A stretch of 64,000 bases of DNA from Bugula neritina (taxonomy: Eukaryota > Animalia > Bryozoa). Shown one piece after another: positions 13,558 through 27,232 of the stretch. Below the pieces are notes generated by a model. The model was not told where the DNA came from. It ran no database searches and saw only the letters and a list, made by a program, of their open reading frames with translations. The stretch covers positions 11,902,818-11,966,817 of the forward strand of contig OZ037772.1 of NCBI GenBank assembly GCA_964035545.1, written 5' to 3'. A program made the translations under genes and the position numbers. How positions within the stretch are numbered: the stretch's first letter is position 1; each line of letters opens with the position of its first letter.

Positions 13558-16500
13558 GCCGACAACGGAGTGTGGGAATAGCCTTCAGGAGAAACAGGAA
13601 ACGGTGTATTTTGATGATGGCATGCGGAAGATAGACTTTGTTTTGGCGTATGACTCTGAGAAGAATTACCGAAGTAACCTTCGAGAGACTTTTGAAGAGA
13701 ATCTCTTGAAAGCTGGTAATTAATAGTACCCCCCTCCCCCCCCCCCACCCCCCCCCCCCCCCGGTATGGTACCCCGTATAGTAATGCAGCCACTTTGTTT
13801 GACGGAATAAATCAAAAAATGGGAAATTCCAGTGTAATATTTGTTTGCCTTGCTTCATTTGGCAAGTTGAAATATTACTGCTTCTCTTGAATGCTGTTGA
13901 CCGATGAATGATGAACAGTGTGTAATAATTTTGACAAGAACGTTTTGCGTGGTAAAATTATTCAATACATTCAGTATTTTCAGTTTATTTTCGTACTTAG
14001 TTTTTGATTTAATGCACCCAAAAAATCAAAATGGTTTTCATTCTGCCCTTTGAGTTAGTAGCTCACACCTAATCAGTCATGCATGAATTATGCTCGTCTC
14101 GCAGGCCTTGAGCTAGAGTTGGTCCCACCCACAGAATCTTGTGATGGAAAGACAGCCTTCCTCAAAGTACATGCTCCGTGGCAGGTTCTCACCAAGTTTG
14201 CCGAGTCTAATAGTCTTCGTATGCCAGTTATAGAGAATGAAATAGAACTAGGTAAGTGTGTGGTAGTATGGCAGGTGGGTGTAGTAGTATGACAGGTGGG
14301 TGTAGTAGTATGACAGGTGGGTGTAGGAGTATGACAGGTGGGTGCAGTAGTATAACAGGTGGGTGTAGTAGTATGACAGGTGGGTGAAGGAGTATGACAG
14401 GTGGGTGTAGTAGTATGACAGGTGGGTGTAGTATTATAGCAGGTAAGTACAGTAGCCTATCAGGTAAATGATTTGGGCTTTCCACAGACACTGTGGTTAT
14501 CAGTAGTTATAATATTGGCAGTCATTTTTTCTGATGCCTTTATTAGACTATACCAGTCTCTCTTTCCAGTCTTCAGTTTTGTAAGCAGGCATTCCACTAT
14601 TTATGTTTCTTTGCAAAAGCTGGCCTTGATTTTAGCAAGAAGGAGAAAAAAGTTCTACGTTAAGCCTAGAAAAGGTACCACAGACCTGCAGCCTTGCTGT
14701 ACAGATATCCAGCAGATGGTACTGAGACTATTTGACTGGGTGTACAAGAACATTCTGCTGAACGAGGAGATGAAGGAACCCACCCCGTACTGTATGGTCC
14801 CCTACAGTGAGAATAGAAAGGAACATTTTCTTATCCACGTATGTGTTATAAACCTTTATCATCTGCACCTCAATTTATGGGCTATAGGTCGCACTCACTC
14901 TATTTCAACACTACTTGCTAAATGCAGCACAAAGTTAGAGGTCACTGGTGGCAGTGTCTGTATACACATTATTGTCTGAATTCCAATCATTAATGGGTCA
15001 AATATTCTCTTTTTATGTCTTTTGCGTCGCACACATTATTTCTTCAGTATAATTTGACTGTCGTTTACTTAAATTAGCAAACTCACTGTCAATACAGCTT
15101 TACTATGTGTCAGTCAACTCAGCTATGTAATGTGTCAGTCAACTCAGCTATGTAATGTGTCAGTCAACTCAGCTATGTAATGTGTCAGTCAACTCAGCTA
15201 TGTAATGTGTCAGTCAACTCAGCTATGTAATGTGTCAGTCAACTCAGCTATGTAATGTGTCAATCAACTTAGCTATGTAATGTGTCAGTCAACTCAGCTA
15301 TGTAATGTGTCAGTCAACTCAGCTATCTAACGCATCAGCTATGATCTGACTAATGGTATATTTTTCAGGACAAAGAGAAGTTTTTTAAAGACATTCAAAG
15401 AATCTTTATTGTTTGGGAAATTCTGCGCAGGACGTCATTTGATGACAATGAAGCTACAGGTGAAAACCTTTAAATCAGTTCTAATTGTTTATTGTGTGTA
15501 TGTAGGTTAACATTATATATTTTATGCTCTTTGACTGTAAACCATCATTTCTCTCTATCTTCAAAAAGCTGTGTCTTCTACACTCCTACTAGCACTTAGT
15601 ATATATAATATTTTATATCATATAATTTATTATATAATATAATCTATGTTGCATTAAATACCACATTATATATTACATAGTGCCATATTATATATATTGC
15701 ATTGTATATATATTACATTATGTGTACATTATATAATATATTCTTTATATATTATGCATTGTATATTACATTATATATAACACAGTGTATATTAAGTTAT
15801 ATAATATGTTATATATTACATGATATAATACACTATATTTATGACTCACAGGATCTGACTGATAGAATAGCTAATTAACTTCATCAAATCATAATATTTA
15901 TAGCCATTAGATGACATTGTGCACTGTGCGGTGTTGCAGGTAACGTTGGTATCTACAAACTATTGAGTATGAAAGTATTCACAGCGGCGTTTCCACTGCA
16001 CGACGGCCCGGTTGACGTCCACCCCTTTGACTACAGTATAGACCTCAATGTTCTGGACAATACTAGGTTTGTATAATGTGCTGTAGACATCAGTGTTCTG
16101 GGCAACACTAGGTTGGTAAAACTTTATGTTGTACTCTGAAGTTGACCCGGAAATTTAGCTTTCAGATCTTCCATTTTCTGTATTCAACTTTTTTTTCGTA
16201 TTTCCATTTTTATTTGTTTCGATTTTTAGCACAAATATATATCTTATATTTTGCTGCTCATTTTAACATACGTAGTTTTTCTGCCATAGCAATTCATAAC
16301 ATGTTTTCAGGATGGATTGCATGTTACTAACACTTCTCCCATTTGTCATTAGAATCTTAAGATTATTTTAAGTGAATTTTTTAGAAATTATTTCAAACTA
16401 AAACTGCTAGTTCCTGTTACTCCTTGCACTAACGTTGATTTTTTTACAGAATGCATCTGCTTGTAAATTGGGCCAATCCAAATCGTTGGTACAAATATCA

Positions 16501-19500
16501 GCCAATAGGAAACATTAGAGAATATTTTGGTGATCACGTTGGGCTGTATTTCTGGTGAGTCAGTGGCTGACATTTCTCTAACCTTCACTGCTGACCATAA
16601 CGAGAGATCTAAGGCTAACCTCTAAGACCAAAGAAAATATTTTTTTGTCATTCTGTAGCAAATTTTTACATAAAGTTTCTTTCTGTTTGAAGACTTTAAA
16701 TGTACAAAATCTAAACTTGACGACTATTTCGGCTGCTTGAATTAACTACCCTGTTTTTATAGATCAATAGTTTAGCTCTAGGTCTAACTAGTCTTATCCT
16801 TACCTGTTTAAGTGTCTATTTCCAGTTTCCTGGGATTTTACACATCATACTTGGTAGTTCCGGCGGTGTTTGGCGTTCTGGTCTTCCTGTTTGGAATATT
16901 TACAAGGAGTAGCATTGACACCCCCTCTGATGAGATCTGCAACGAACTAGGTAATGAGGCTATAGCATGTGCTCATGTTATTAGACCATGTCTCATTGTG
17001 CGCTGGCAATGCTAAACTTGTGATTACACATGTCTCACCAGCAGATTGTACGCTGCCAGATATGACTTACATACTGGTATAAGTGCACGTATATAGGTTT
17101 ATGTGTAGATACTGGTATAAGTGTATGTCTGGGTGTAGTGTGTACATACTGGTGTAAGTCTATGTATATAGGCTTGTGTGTATAATTAGTCATAAGGTGA
17201 GGGGAAATATAGCTGTTGTATATACTGATATCTTCTGACCATGAGGTATGACACTTCCCGCAGGTCTTACCATCATGTGCCCGACATGTGACAAGTCATG
17301 TGACTATAGGAGACTATCTGGGAGTTGTCTCTTCTCTAGACTCACTTACATTATAGACAACTACTCTACAGTCATTCTGTCCATCGTGTCTTGTATCTGG
17401 GCAAACGTTTTCCTGGTTAGTGTCTCTGAATCCTCACCCTGTCTCTGTATCTTCTCTCTCTCTGTACCTTCTCTCTGTATCCTCTCTCTCTGTATCCTCT
17501 CTCTCTGTATCCTCTCTCTCTGTACCTTCTCTCTGTATCCTCTCTCTCTGTATCCTCTCTCTCTGTATCCTCTCTCTCTGTATCCTCTCTCTCTGTATCC
17601 TCTCTCTCTGTATCCTCTCTCTCTCTGTATCCTCTCTCTCTGTATCCTCTCTCTGTATCCTCTCTCTATATCCCCTCTCTCTCTCTGTATCCTCTCTTTC
17701 TGTATCCTTATCTTGCATTCTCTGATTTAGGCCAACTATAAAACATTGTGATACCCAATGCTTGCTACCCCCAGTCTCAGCACATCTGCTGTTTATATTT
17801 TGCAAGGTATTCTGGGAGAGGAAGCAGCACTCTCTCAGGTTCCACTGGGACATGGAGAACTACGAAGACGCTGAACAAGTGCGGCCGGAGTTTGAGCTAA
17901 GCGCAGCCTCCTTTAGGTACAACATACTAGCTGTACTCAATTCCAGTTTAAATATTTAGTTTCATACTTACAGTTGTTTTTCATCTCCTAATTTCACTTC
18001 AGTATTTTCTGTGATTACTACAAGAATAAGTGCAATAAATGCAATAGCAAACTTGGTGAAACTTTTTTAGGATAAATGAAGTGACGAAAAAGATTGAGCC
18101 ATATATGACGACCATCTTGAAGTTGAAAAAGAGGCTGGTGTCTTTCAGCATAGTTGTGCTCCTACTCTCTATAGCCTGTGGCACAGCTGTTGGTAAGCAC
18201 TAAACATTAGGCTATGTTATCTTTTATAGATCTGCAGCTATTATTTGTATTTTAGTGTTTAAATACGTTGCACAACATTGTCTAAACAGTATGGATTCAT
18301 TTGAAACTCAGAATTATAATAAAGTTGTAATTTACATCCATTACTTTTGCTATAATGAAGGGAATAACGTGCCAGTGTTGGGGTAGGCATTTCCAATACA
18401 CTACCAGATTACCCTTGAGGTGTGGAGTAACTTTTACCAAGTCAACTCTTTAGCTTTCTTTTCTGGGGCGGGCATTGTTTCTGTAGAATCTGACTCTACA
18501 TCGTAAAGGGATTCAGTTTTTTACACATTCACAACCATTTTATTCATCAGTTTTATACATTAAGGAAAGATAAATCAATCTTGAAACAAAGTATTGATTT
18601 TACTTATAATAAGTAATTTTAACTAATTTTGTTGGCGTATCTATAAAATTTTCTATACTTCTCAAATTTGTGTATAATATAGTAATTTGTGTATAGTATA
18701 CTAATATATGTATACAATACTAATATATGTATAATATAATAATATATGTATAACATAATATATGTATAATATATAATTTACGTATAATATACTAATGTAT
18801 GTATACAATAATAATATATGTATAACATAATAATATATGTATAATATAATAAAATATGTATAATATAGTAATATATGTATAATATAATAATATATTTATA
18901 ATACAGCAATATATATATATATATATAATACCATAATACTCTGCTGATTTGTTACAGGGGTAATAACATACCGTATTGCCGTCACGCAGTTCTATGCCTC
19001 TGTACACGACCAGCCCTTTGTTAACGAGTATGCCAGGTTAATGGCCGCCACCACTGGTTCTCTCATCAACCTTATCTTCATTTCCATACTCGACATCTGT
19101 GAGTTACCCTAAACAATGACCTCTCTTAGAAGAATACGCTGTTGTAGCTTTTTAACCAGAATACATTTCAGGGAAATCGTTTCTTTAGTGTGGTGAATAT
19201 TAAGAGTTGTGAAAGCGTGTTAACTATAAATAATGTTTCATAGATTTTGTATGTAGCCAATTACCATGCTCTATAAAGTGTGAGGGTGGTACCTTGACCA
19301 CCCCTACTGAAACACTCTAAATAGCACTTTATTGAATATTTGATTTTACATAACATTTTGGGAAAATATTTTTTAATCTCAAAAATTTTATACAACTTTC
19401 ATACGAATAATATTCATTAGCAAACAAGCTAAGCATATGCCGTGTGATAAAGTGCGTGTTTAGCTTATACTGTGAAGAGAGAGGTGAATTTTGTAGTTAA

Positions 19501-22500
19501 TCAGCTAGATTTATTTCAAGTGATTACTAACATATTGCTCACTGTTATATTTCTTACAGTATATTATGTTCTCTCTCTTACAGTATGTATTCTATATCTT
19601 ACAGTATATATTCTATATATTACAGTATATATTCTATATATTACAGTATATATTCCATATATTACAGTATATTTCTACCTGGCCTTAAAGTTAACAGCGT
19701 GGGAAAATCACAGAACTGAGTCTGAGCATGAGCGGAGCCTCACTTTCAAGTTGTTTCTGTTCCAGTGTGTCAACTACTATTCCGCTATCATATACATAGC
19801 CATGTTTAAAGGTCTAGTATTAGTCTATTATCACATACATAACCATGTTTAAAGGTGTAGTATTAGTCTATTATTATATACATAACCATGTTTAACGATG
19901 GATGACCATTGATACTCGTACATTTCAAGCAGTTTAAACAATTACAATACCTTTACCTATGCACTCACTGTCACCGCAGGTAAAGGTATAGGGAGGCCAG
20001 GTGAATATAAACGTGTATTTGGTCTAAGGCCAGAGGAATGTGATGTGTCAGGATGCTTCTTGGAGTTTGCCATCCTTTGTGTGACTGTGATGCTGGGGAA
20101 ACAACTCTTTGCCATTTTCTACGGTGAGTAGCTTTATTATTGAATGGTGGGTACAGATTTTAGCTAAGTTGAAGCTATGATTTGATCTGATTTTTTATTT
20201 TAAACATAATGTATTATTTAGAGTAAGTTGTTTTTATTTTGTTTAATGTTTTGGAGCTAATGCTATCTGATAAGTTACTAAGTCTTTGTCAAATATCCTC
20301 ATATTTACTTTAAATTATGGTTAGAATGCTTAGCAGTGTTTATTAAGTTGCCAATCTAAAATATTTTCTTTCAAATCACAGGCTACCTTGCAACATTTGA
20401 ACCAATCACAGATTACCTTGCAACATTTGAGTCAATCAGTATATTTTATCCTTTTCTGTTTTCTTACCAGAACAGGTAAATAATACTTTTAGGCTCACTA
20501 TAACCTGGAAAGCAGAGGTGTTTATAACGTTTTGAAAAGCAATCAGGTCATGTAATCTTGCCATTACATTTATGATGCATAGGAGAGCATATTTTTCTAT
20601 ATAAATATAGTGCTTGCAGGGATTTTACAATAGTTGGTCATATTTACGTCTTTCATGTTATACCAATACTTTTCTTTTCTTTAGTTTGAATAAATTATGT
20701 GATTTAGTGTGTCTGTATTTTGTTATTCAGAGTTAGCCCTGTATCCTTACATTCTTTCACCAATGTGGTTGAGGTGTTCCAAGACTACCTTTACTTTCTC
20801 CGCATTCAAAGAATGGTTACTGGCTAAAAAGAGAAGTAACGGCAAAAATAAAATAGGTTGGATTTACGATGTCAAAGTTCTGTTTTTATTTATTTAATTT
20901 TTATTTTTATTTAAAAAAATTAGTTTTTACCACTAGGGTTCAAATTTCACTACAACCTGAATGGATTTTTGCAACCAGCTGCATGGATTGTAAAAATAAC
21001 ATTTTTAGAAACCTAAACTAAGTATACTATAAATATTCACTGACTGATACTCAACTTTCTTTAACATCAATAAACACATTTGATTTGAATTTTACATCTT
21101 CAAAACACCTTATCGCTAGATATATGATATTTAGTTACCTGATTATGGTTTTTATATATATTTGGAGATAATATTATTTTAACTTTATATTGTTATAATT
21201 ATCTTTTTGGGATTAATACATTCTTTATGGAATAAGTTTGTATAAGCTTTAAAATGCTAAGACATTAGTTCGACTTAAATTGATAAGGTTAAAGCTAATT
21301 ACTTTTATAAAAGTCCTAAAGCAATGGCATCATGTTGTTCATGCTGCTTCATCTTCTAAGACTTATATAATTCCTGTTGTTGATACGCGCTGCCAGGTGA
21401 CCAGTATGTTATTCTCAAACAAGAAGGTAAACCGACCACCAGGTGGGAGAAGGATTATGCTCTGGAACCTTTACCAGAATATGTTTTGCTGTATGAGTAC
21501 TTGGAACTTGGTGAGATACTCTTCTCTTACTTATACTCAGTTGGAGTTCAGTATCATTGCCTTGTATTACTAGTCATATTACTAATAGTACTAGCGTACT
21601 GAGTATTTCATTAGTAGTTAGTATTTAGTTTGTTTGCTAGTAATGTTACTGATTAGTAGCATCTGTATATTTTAGTGCCGAGTATTTAGTGCTAGTAATT
21701 TGTAAGTAGTTTTTAATAATAATCTTGTTTATTAGTGACAGTACTGGTACTAGTTACTAAAACTTGTGTTTAGTACTAGTACTAGTAACTATTACCAGTA
21801 CTAGTACTAATTGCTTACCACTAGTACTAAATACTAGTACTAGTGGTTAGTGCCAGTACTGGTACTAGGACCAGTTAGATATAAATATTTTATAGAACTC
21901 TTCTTTTAAAATGGTGTTCAGCAAAGAATATGATATTTTGCAGCTATACAGTATGGATTTGTTACGCTGTTTGTGATTGGATTCCCTTTGGCACCTTTGT
22001 TTGCTCTGTTACATAACCTCATCGAGATTCAAATAGACAGCTGCAAGATATTAGTAAACAGAAGGAGACCTCACTTAGTCAGAGCTCATGGCATTGGTAG
22101 GTATCTTCAGGGGGGGACTTTGGTAACGTCTCAATAGTAGTCTCAAAGCAACATGGTACATGGGCTATGCTAGGAATTGGACAGTCTTGACAGTCTCACC
22201 GTGCTGAGGAATGAAACAGTTTTTAAAAAACAATTTTATAAATTGAAAATTTTGTCATCAAAACTTTTTTTCTTGTGAGAATTTGTAGACATAATTAAGA
22301 AGATTGGTTATCAATTTTTTTCCAACTGCACTTAATAGAGTGGAGACTAGTTGTTGATAGCAATTTTTATACAGTTGTTCAACGATTTGAAGTCAAAATA
22401 TTAAACTAGTTGCTATATTTTTTCCCTTTCATCATTCCGGTGCCCTAACGCTAATACCACCAATACCATGTACTTTTGTACTTGAAACTTGTTCATTGCC

Positions 22501-25500
22501 TATTTTTCTATTGTTTGGACAAACTGTTCAACAGACTAAACAAGAAAAGTTGAATGCCAAAACATTATAAAATTTGTTAACTGAAACATAACAAAATAGA
22601 GCCTGAAACATCATTGTGCAACTTTTAAATTTTATACCATACCATTTGTTGAACAATGCTGGATCTCTGAAATAAGATCAATACACATAATTATTTCTGC
22701 ACACAGTTTGCTACCAATTGGTTTTACCATCTGTATGAAGACCAGCAATTGTTCACATCTAAATACAGATCACTTTGTAGAATACCACCGTCATCTCGTA
22801 AGTTATTACCTCATGTTGTAGGTATTTGGTTGACCATATTCAAAGTGATATCAAAGCTGTCTATATTTGTCAATGCCGTGATTCTGGCGTGGACCAGTGA
22901 TGTCATCAACAAGCTCTTGTATCTGATTGGACACTGCAGCAATATGGATGGTCTGGACTCGCACCGTCTGCTGGAGACATGTTCAAGGTAGTGACCTGGT
23001 TGATAGAATTTATTGAGTTAATCAGTCAAGTTTGATCAAATTTTAAATAAAGCCTAGCAATATCTTAACTGTTGCATAAATAGCAGACCTCTTTATGTTT
23101 TCTTAAGCTGGAAGCTATCATTTGTAAAAAAAACTATGCAACTGCTATTACCCATGCACGGTGAAGAGAAATTTCAAAATTCAACTATTTAAGAAAAGTT
23201 TGAAGTAATAACTTAATCTTGCCCAATATATTAGAAACTTTAGTTTAATATAAGGAACATTGTCTAGCAAAGTAAAGAATATCTGACATTTATAAGTCCT
23301 AAAACTTGCCTTGTGTGAAACTGAACCTTAAATATAACTCAACCTCCGTGGAGTATGACAACTCCACATTAACCCTTGTTTTTATAGAGAGGATAACTCC
23401 TTGTACGATAGTACTAACTAATAATTGTTTTGCTAGTATTTTGGAGAAAGATGGATCTTTGACTCTCCAGGGCTATGTGAAGTACACTCTGAGCAAATTT
23501 GATGTGAGGGGTGAGTAATCTTTCACAAAGTTCCATGATTGAGGAATTTAGGCTATTCATATTCGCATTATTCATGTGAAACTTGCAATTTCTAAGTAAC
23601 AAGTATAACAAAAAACGTTTGCTGTTTTCAATGTTTACTTTTATTTACAGTCACTCTAACTCTTTCTGACACATTGTAACCAAGTTTTGTGTTGTCTATT
23701 GTTTAGTTTTACTAACCATAATGTTGCTATTCTAAGCACCACTCCGTATACTAGAAATAATTCCTCACCTTCGTTCCTAATGACTTTACAGATTGGGAGT
23801 CAGAGAGTACCCCCCTTAATAACGGTACGAGTCTGTTTGGACAGCCAGTAGAGTACTGCTTCTACAAAGACTTCAGATATGGTCCTGAGGCTGCGGATAA
23901 GTACGGCAGGTCGAAGGAGTTCTGGCACAATCTGGCAGCTAAACTCGGTAGGGTTCAGATTTACTCATTCTGTTACTATAGTATGGTCTGGGTTGGTTCT
24001 AGGAAAGTATTGTTAATATTAGTACTCCTAATACTAGAGTAAGTACCATGAGTAAAAGAGTTAGTACTAGTAGTAGTAGAGTAAGTACTAATAGTAATAG
24101 TAGTACCAGAGTAGAATAACTAATGGTGGCACCAGAGTCAGTACTAGACTACTAGGAGTACTAGAATATTTCTGATAACACAGCTGCTTGTCTCTAGCAT
24201 TGAGTAGATGAAGTACCTCTCTTGAGAAGATAAACATCACAGATCTGACAGGTCTACTCACACATAAAGTAGATTATCATTAGAATTTTGTGCTTCTTTT
24301 TGACAGGATTACATGTTTACATGATAACATAACTTCTGAAAAAGTAATTGAGAGGTTTTTTGGTTTATAAGAAAATATGTTAATGGCCAAAATTTTTATA
24401 ACAATGATTTATGTTTCTGGTAAATTGATTCACACAAGAACGATAACTCTGCATTCAAAGACAAGTCTTATTTTTAACTCCGCACACTGTCATGTTGGTT
24501 GTAGCCCTGCAGATTATATATTATTATATGACTGTGTTTCTACAGCCTTCGTGTTGTGCTTTGAGCAAGCACTGATACTGGTGACGAGTCTGATTTCACT
24601 ATTAGTACCTCCCCAGTGCAAGAACACCGAGGCTCAGAGGAAGAGGGTCAAGTTCTTAGCCAATGAGTCGTTGCAGAATCTGGAGAAAGAGAGGTAAGCC
24701 TTTGTTCTATGTATTGTGAGTACTTCATGAGAGCTAACTAACCACAGTTAGAGTAAGAGGTTTGGGGCTATAACTCTTTTACAAATACTATAGAAGTGCT
24801 AAGGGTTTTGTATTAATTGTTATATAATATATTATAATTAATACAAAGCCTTTATATTATAAAGGTTTGAGGTTAGAATACCTTTATAAACAATGACTCA
24901 TGATAGAGTTACATAATAATATGCTGTGGTGATAACCTGACTGCTGTTGGCAGACATGCGAGCATATCAGAGTTGTGCTGCCTTAGGAGCTGCTCAACGA
25001 ATTATGTTTAAACTATTGTAAGTTGTTGAGCTTGTCATACAGGTGACAACTTTTAGTGACATGTATTACAAGGTGACAAAGTGTAGTGACACGTATTACA
25101 AGGTGACAAAGTATATTGACATCTGTTACAAGGTGCCAATGTGTGGTGACATGTATTACAAGGTGACAAAGTATATTGACATGTGTTTCATGTGATAAAT
25201 TGTAGCGAAAACATCACAAATAGGATAAATATTTCGAATAAGGCTATTTTTTATAACAAATAATTTATGTTGAGGATCAGATGTAAGATATTTCAATGTC
25301 TTGTATTCAGTTCATGGCATATGAAAATTTATTCATGTGATGATAGCATGTATATTCGAATATTTATAAGTTTTATTGATTGTAGATTGAGGCTGAAGTT
25401 GCATAGCCCTATGCTCTACAGATATTATTGATTATAGATTGAGGCTAAAGTTACCTAGCCCTATGCTCTACAGATGTTATATTTGTAGATTGAGGCTAAA

Positions 25501-25615
25501 GTTACATAGCCCTATGTTCTACAGATGTTATATTTGTAGGCTGAGGCTAAAGGTACACAAGCAGAAGAAAGCTGCACTTCATCGAATCAATCTGAATGCA
25601 GATAGTCTTCCCTGA
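13558..25615 (+). CDS. ANO: Anoctamin / TMEM16 family Ca2+-activated channel or scramblase; N-terminal exon(s) uncertain
   Basis: 21 phase-compatible exons: 13558-13715 (FDDGMRKIDFVLAY), 14105-14251 (FLKVHAPW), 14705-14838, 15369-15459, 15940-16066 (FPLHDG), 16450-16554 (YQPIGNIREYFGDHVGLYF), 16826-16950, 17264-17415 (MCPTCDKSC), 17807-17916, 18071-18192, 18958-19098, 19668-19811 (WENHRT..FKLFLFQCVNYYS), 19980-20123 (EECDVSGC..GKQ), 20731-20856, 21397-21510 (EYLEL), 21944-22096 (IQYGFVTLFVIGFPLAPLFALL..EIQID..RRRP), 22822-22987 (GIW), 23437-23510, 23792-23947 (CFYKDFR..FWHNLAAKL), 24546-24693, 25540-25615. A possible upstream exon lies near 12871-12947. Confidence 0.95.
14263..14445. repeat. 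Intronic minisatellite, 21-bp unit, about 8 copies
   Basis: gacaggtgggtgtagtagtat tandem copies. Confidence 0.9.
15105..15326. repeat. Intronic minisatellite, 25-bp unit, about 8.5 copies
   Basis: agctatgtaatgtgtcagtcaactc, near-perfect copies. Confidence 0.92.
17440..17705. repeat. CT-rich microsatellite (ctgtatcctctctct)n
   Basis: Low-complexity tandem repeat in an anoctamin intron; explains the ORFs around 17420-17853. Confidence 0.9.
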
Positions 25616-25978
25616 CATCCTGCGACGTGAAAGGAGTCGCTGAAAACTAAATATATAATGAAGCAGCTGACATGACTAGTTCCTATGAACACTCTCACCA
25701 TCTGACAGATTTGCACAGATAAACATTGAGACTTTTCTCAGAAAAAAATTCTTTTTGACTAATTCATCTGGAGTTGTTTCAACATTTTGTTGCATAATTA
25801 AATGATATGTTAGCAACAATTATCAGTGTTGTGGTTTATAATATAAACAATTGATGAAATATTCCTCAAATTTTTTAATTGATTGGTTTCTTGGAATTTA
25901 TGATGCCATTTAAATTATTCTAAACAATTAAAAAATTTATTTGGATGTGAGAAACTAGTTAGATTGCATGCAAGTAAA

Positions 25979-27232
25979 ATGGCAGCTGCTGCTTGTGGAC
26001 CGAGCAGACAACCTGCACCCACCTGCCCACCAGATGTCAGTGACACTCTGGACGTGCTCCAAGGAGTGGAGAGTATTGCCACCAGAGACTACGCCAGAGG
26101 TCTTGATAATGCCCACATAAACTACGTGGCCATGGATACCAACGCAGGTAACAGAGTTCTATTAACTCTCTACTATAACAAAGACAATGACCAACTCTTG
26201 GGTCTCAGCAAGTCTGGCAGGAACTTGTTTACGGCAAATCAATTTTCAGTAAAACCTTGTCAGCATTGCGTCATGACATTGACCGACGAAAATGACCGTG
26301 TGGGTGGGATGGTTGAGATGGGGGTACCTCCCGACCACAATATCACAATTAGGAACTACAGCCAACCCCGGTGCCACCCGAATTTTGAACTCATCATCAG
26401 AGCCTCTTGTGACAAAAATATGCTCTACAACGGCGCAAACAAGCCGGTCGCTGACATAAAAAAGCGTCGTAAAATGCTGTCGGTTGATTTTCTCGAGCCC
26501 TTAACTCCGACCGAAAAGAGTTTGGTACTGGTGTTTCTTATGAGACGACAATTCTGGTATGACAAGTATCAGTGGTATAACCTGATACCAACCTTTGATC
26601 ATATGCCCACGATCTATGTGCCTGTTGTCCCCAAACACCTGCCCACCCTGACACTTCCCAAGGAGGAACTGGTCAATGTCATCACAGACAGTACCAAGTA
26701 CTACATCAGACCCTCCAACTATTGTCCAGAATCAGACACCTACTACCTCGATATCATGACTGGCACAGAAAAACATAAACAAGTCTTCAACAACGTCAAG
26801 TTGGAATGCGGAGTTGATGGAGGAAAGCTCCAATGGGTGAACAACTCCAATCTCTGTTTCGTAGCCAGAGGGGTGTTGAGCGGAGATGCGATGCAAGTGA
26901 CGGATGCCTTCAAGGATCCTGTGTCGTTTAGCGTAGGTGAAAAAATCTTTACTAAATCTGGCAAGTTCGCAGCTACCGCTTCTAACCCGACTCTCCTGGA
27001 AGACGGCAGGTTTACCGAAGGTCTGATACTACAGGGTAACAAGAGTGATATAAAACTAGCGAGATCTCGAGAGGGCACGGGGTGCGTACTCATGGTGTGG
27101 ATTGCTCGAAATGTGTGGCCAGAGATTCGAGTATTTGCATTCGCCTGGGCAATAAGAAATTACTTCAATGTGTACAAGTTGCATGATGTTCCGATACCAA
27201 GTATCCAGGAGGTCTGTGCTACGCCTCAGTAA
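25979..27232 (+). CDS. Uncharacterised intronless 417-aa protein, paralog A; putative tandem PLSCR/tubby-fold double domain
   Basis: Long open frame from ATG in AAAATGG context; clear homology to three neighbouring ORFs; internal two-fold repeat. The product call is inference. Confidence 0.85.
   Translation: MAAAACGPSRQPAPTCPPDVSDTLDVLQGVESIATRDYARGLDNAHINYVAMDTNAGNRVLLTLYYNKDNDQLLGLSKSGRNLFTANQFSVKPCQHCVMTLTDENDRVGGMVEMGVPPDHNITIRNYSQPRCHPNFELIIRASCDKNMLYNGANKPVADIKKRRKMLSVDFLEPLTPTEKSLVLVFLMRRQFWYDKYQWYNLIPTFDHMPTIYVPVVPKHLPTLTLPKEELVNVITDSTKYYIRPSNYCPESDTYYLDIMTGTEKHKQVFNNVKLECGVDGGKLQWVNNSNLCFVARGVLSGDAMQVTDAFKDPVSFSVGEKIFTKSGKFAATASNPTLLEDGRFTEGLILQGNKSDIKLARSREGTGCVLMVWIARNVWPEIRVFAFAWAIRNYFNVYKLHDVPIPSIQEVCATPQ

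Noticed and set aside
13728-13762. Poly-C tract as a regulatory G-quadruplex
   Set aside because: A simple intronic homopolymer with no supporting evidence of function.
15105-15326. CRISPR-like array (also 3546-3716 and 45145-45855)
   Set aside because: Head-to-tail repeats without unique spacers, no cas genes, and a eukaryotic context.
17420-17853. Repetitive ORFs (LSLCI, ERIQR)
   Set aside because: Translations of an intronic CT-rich microsatellite.
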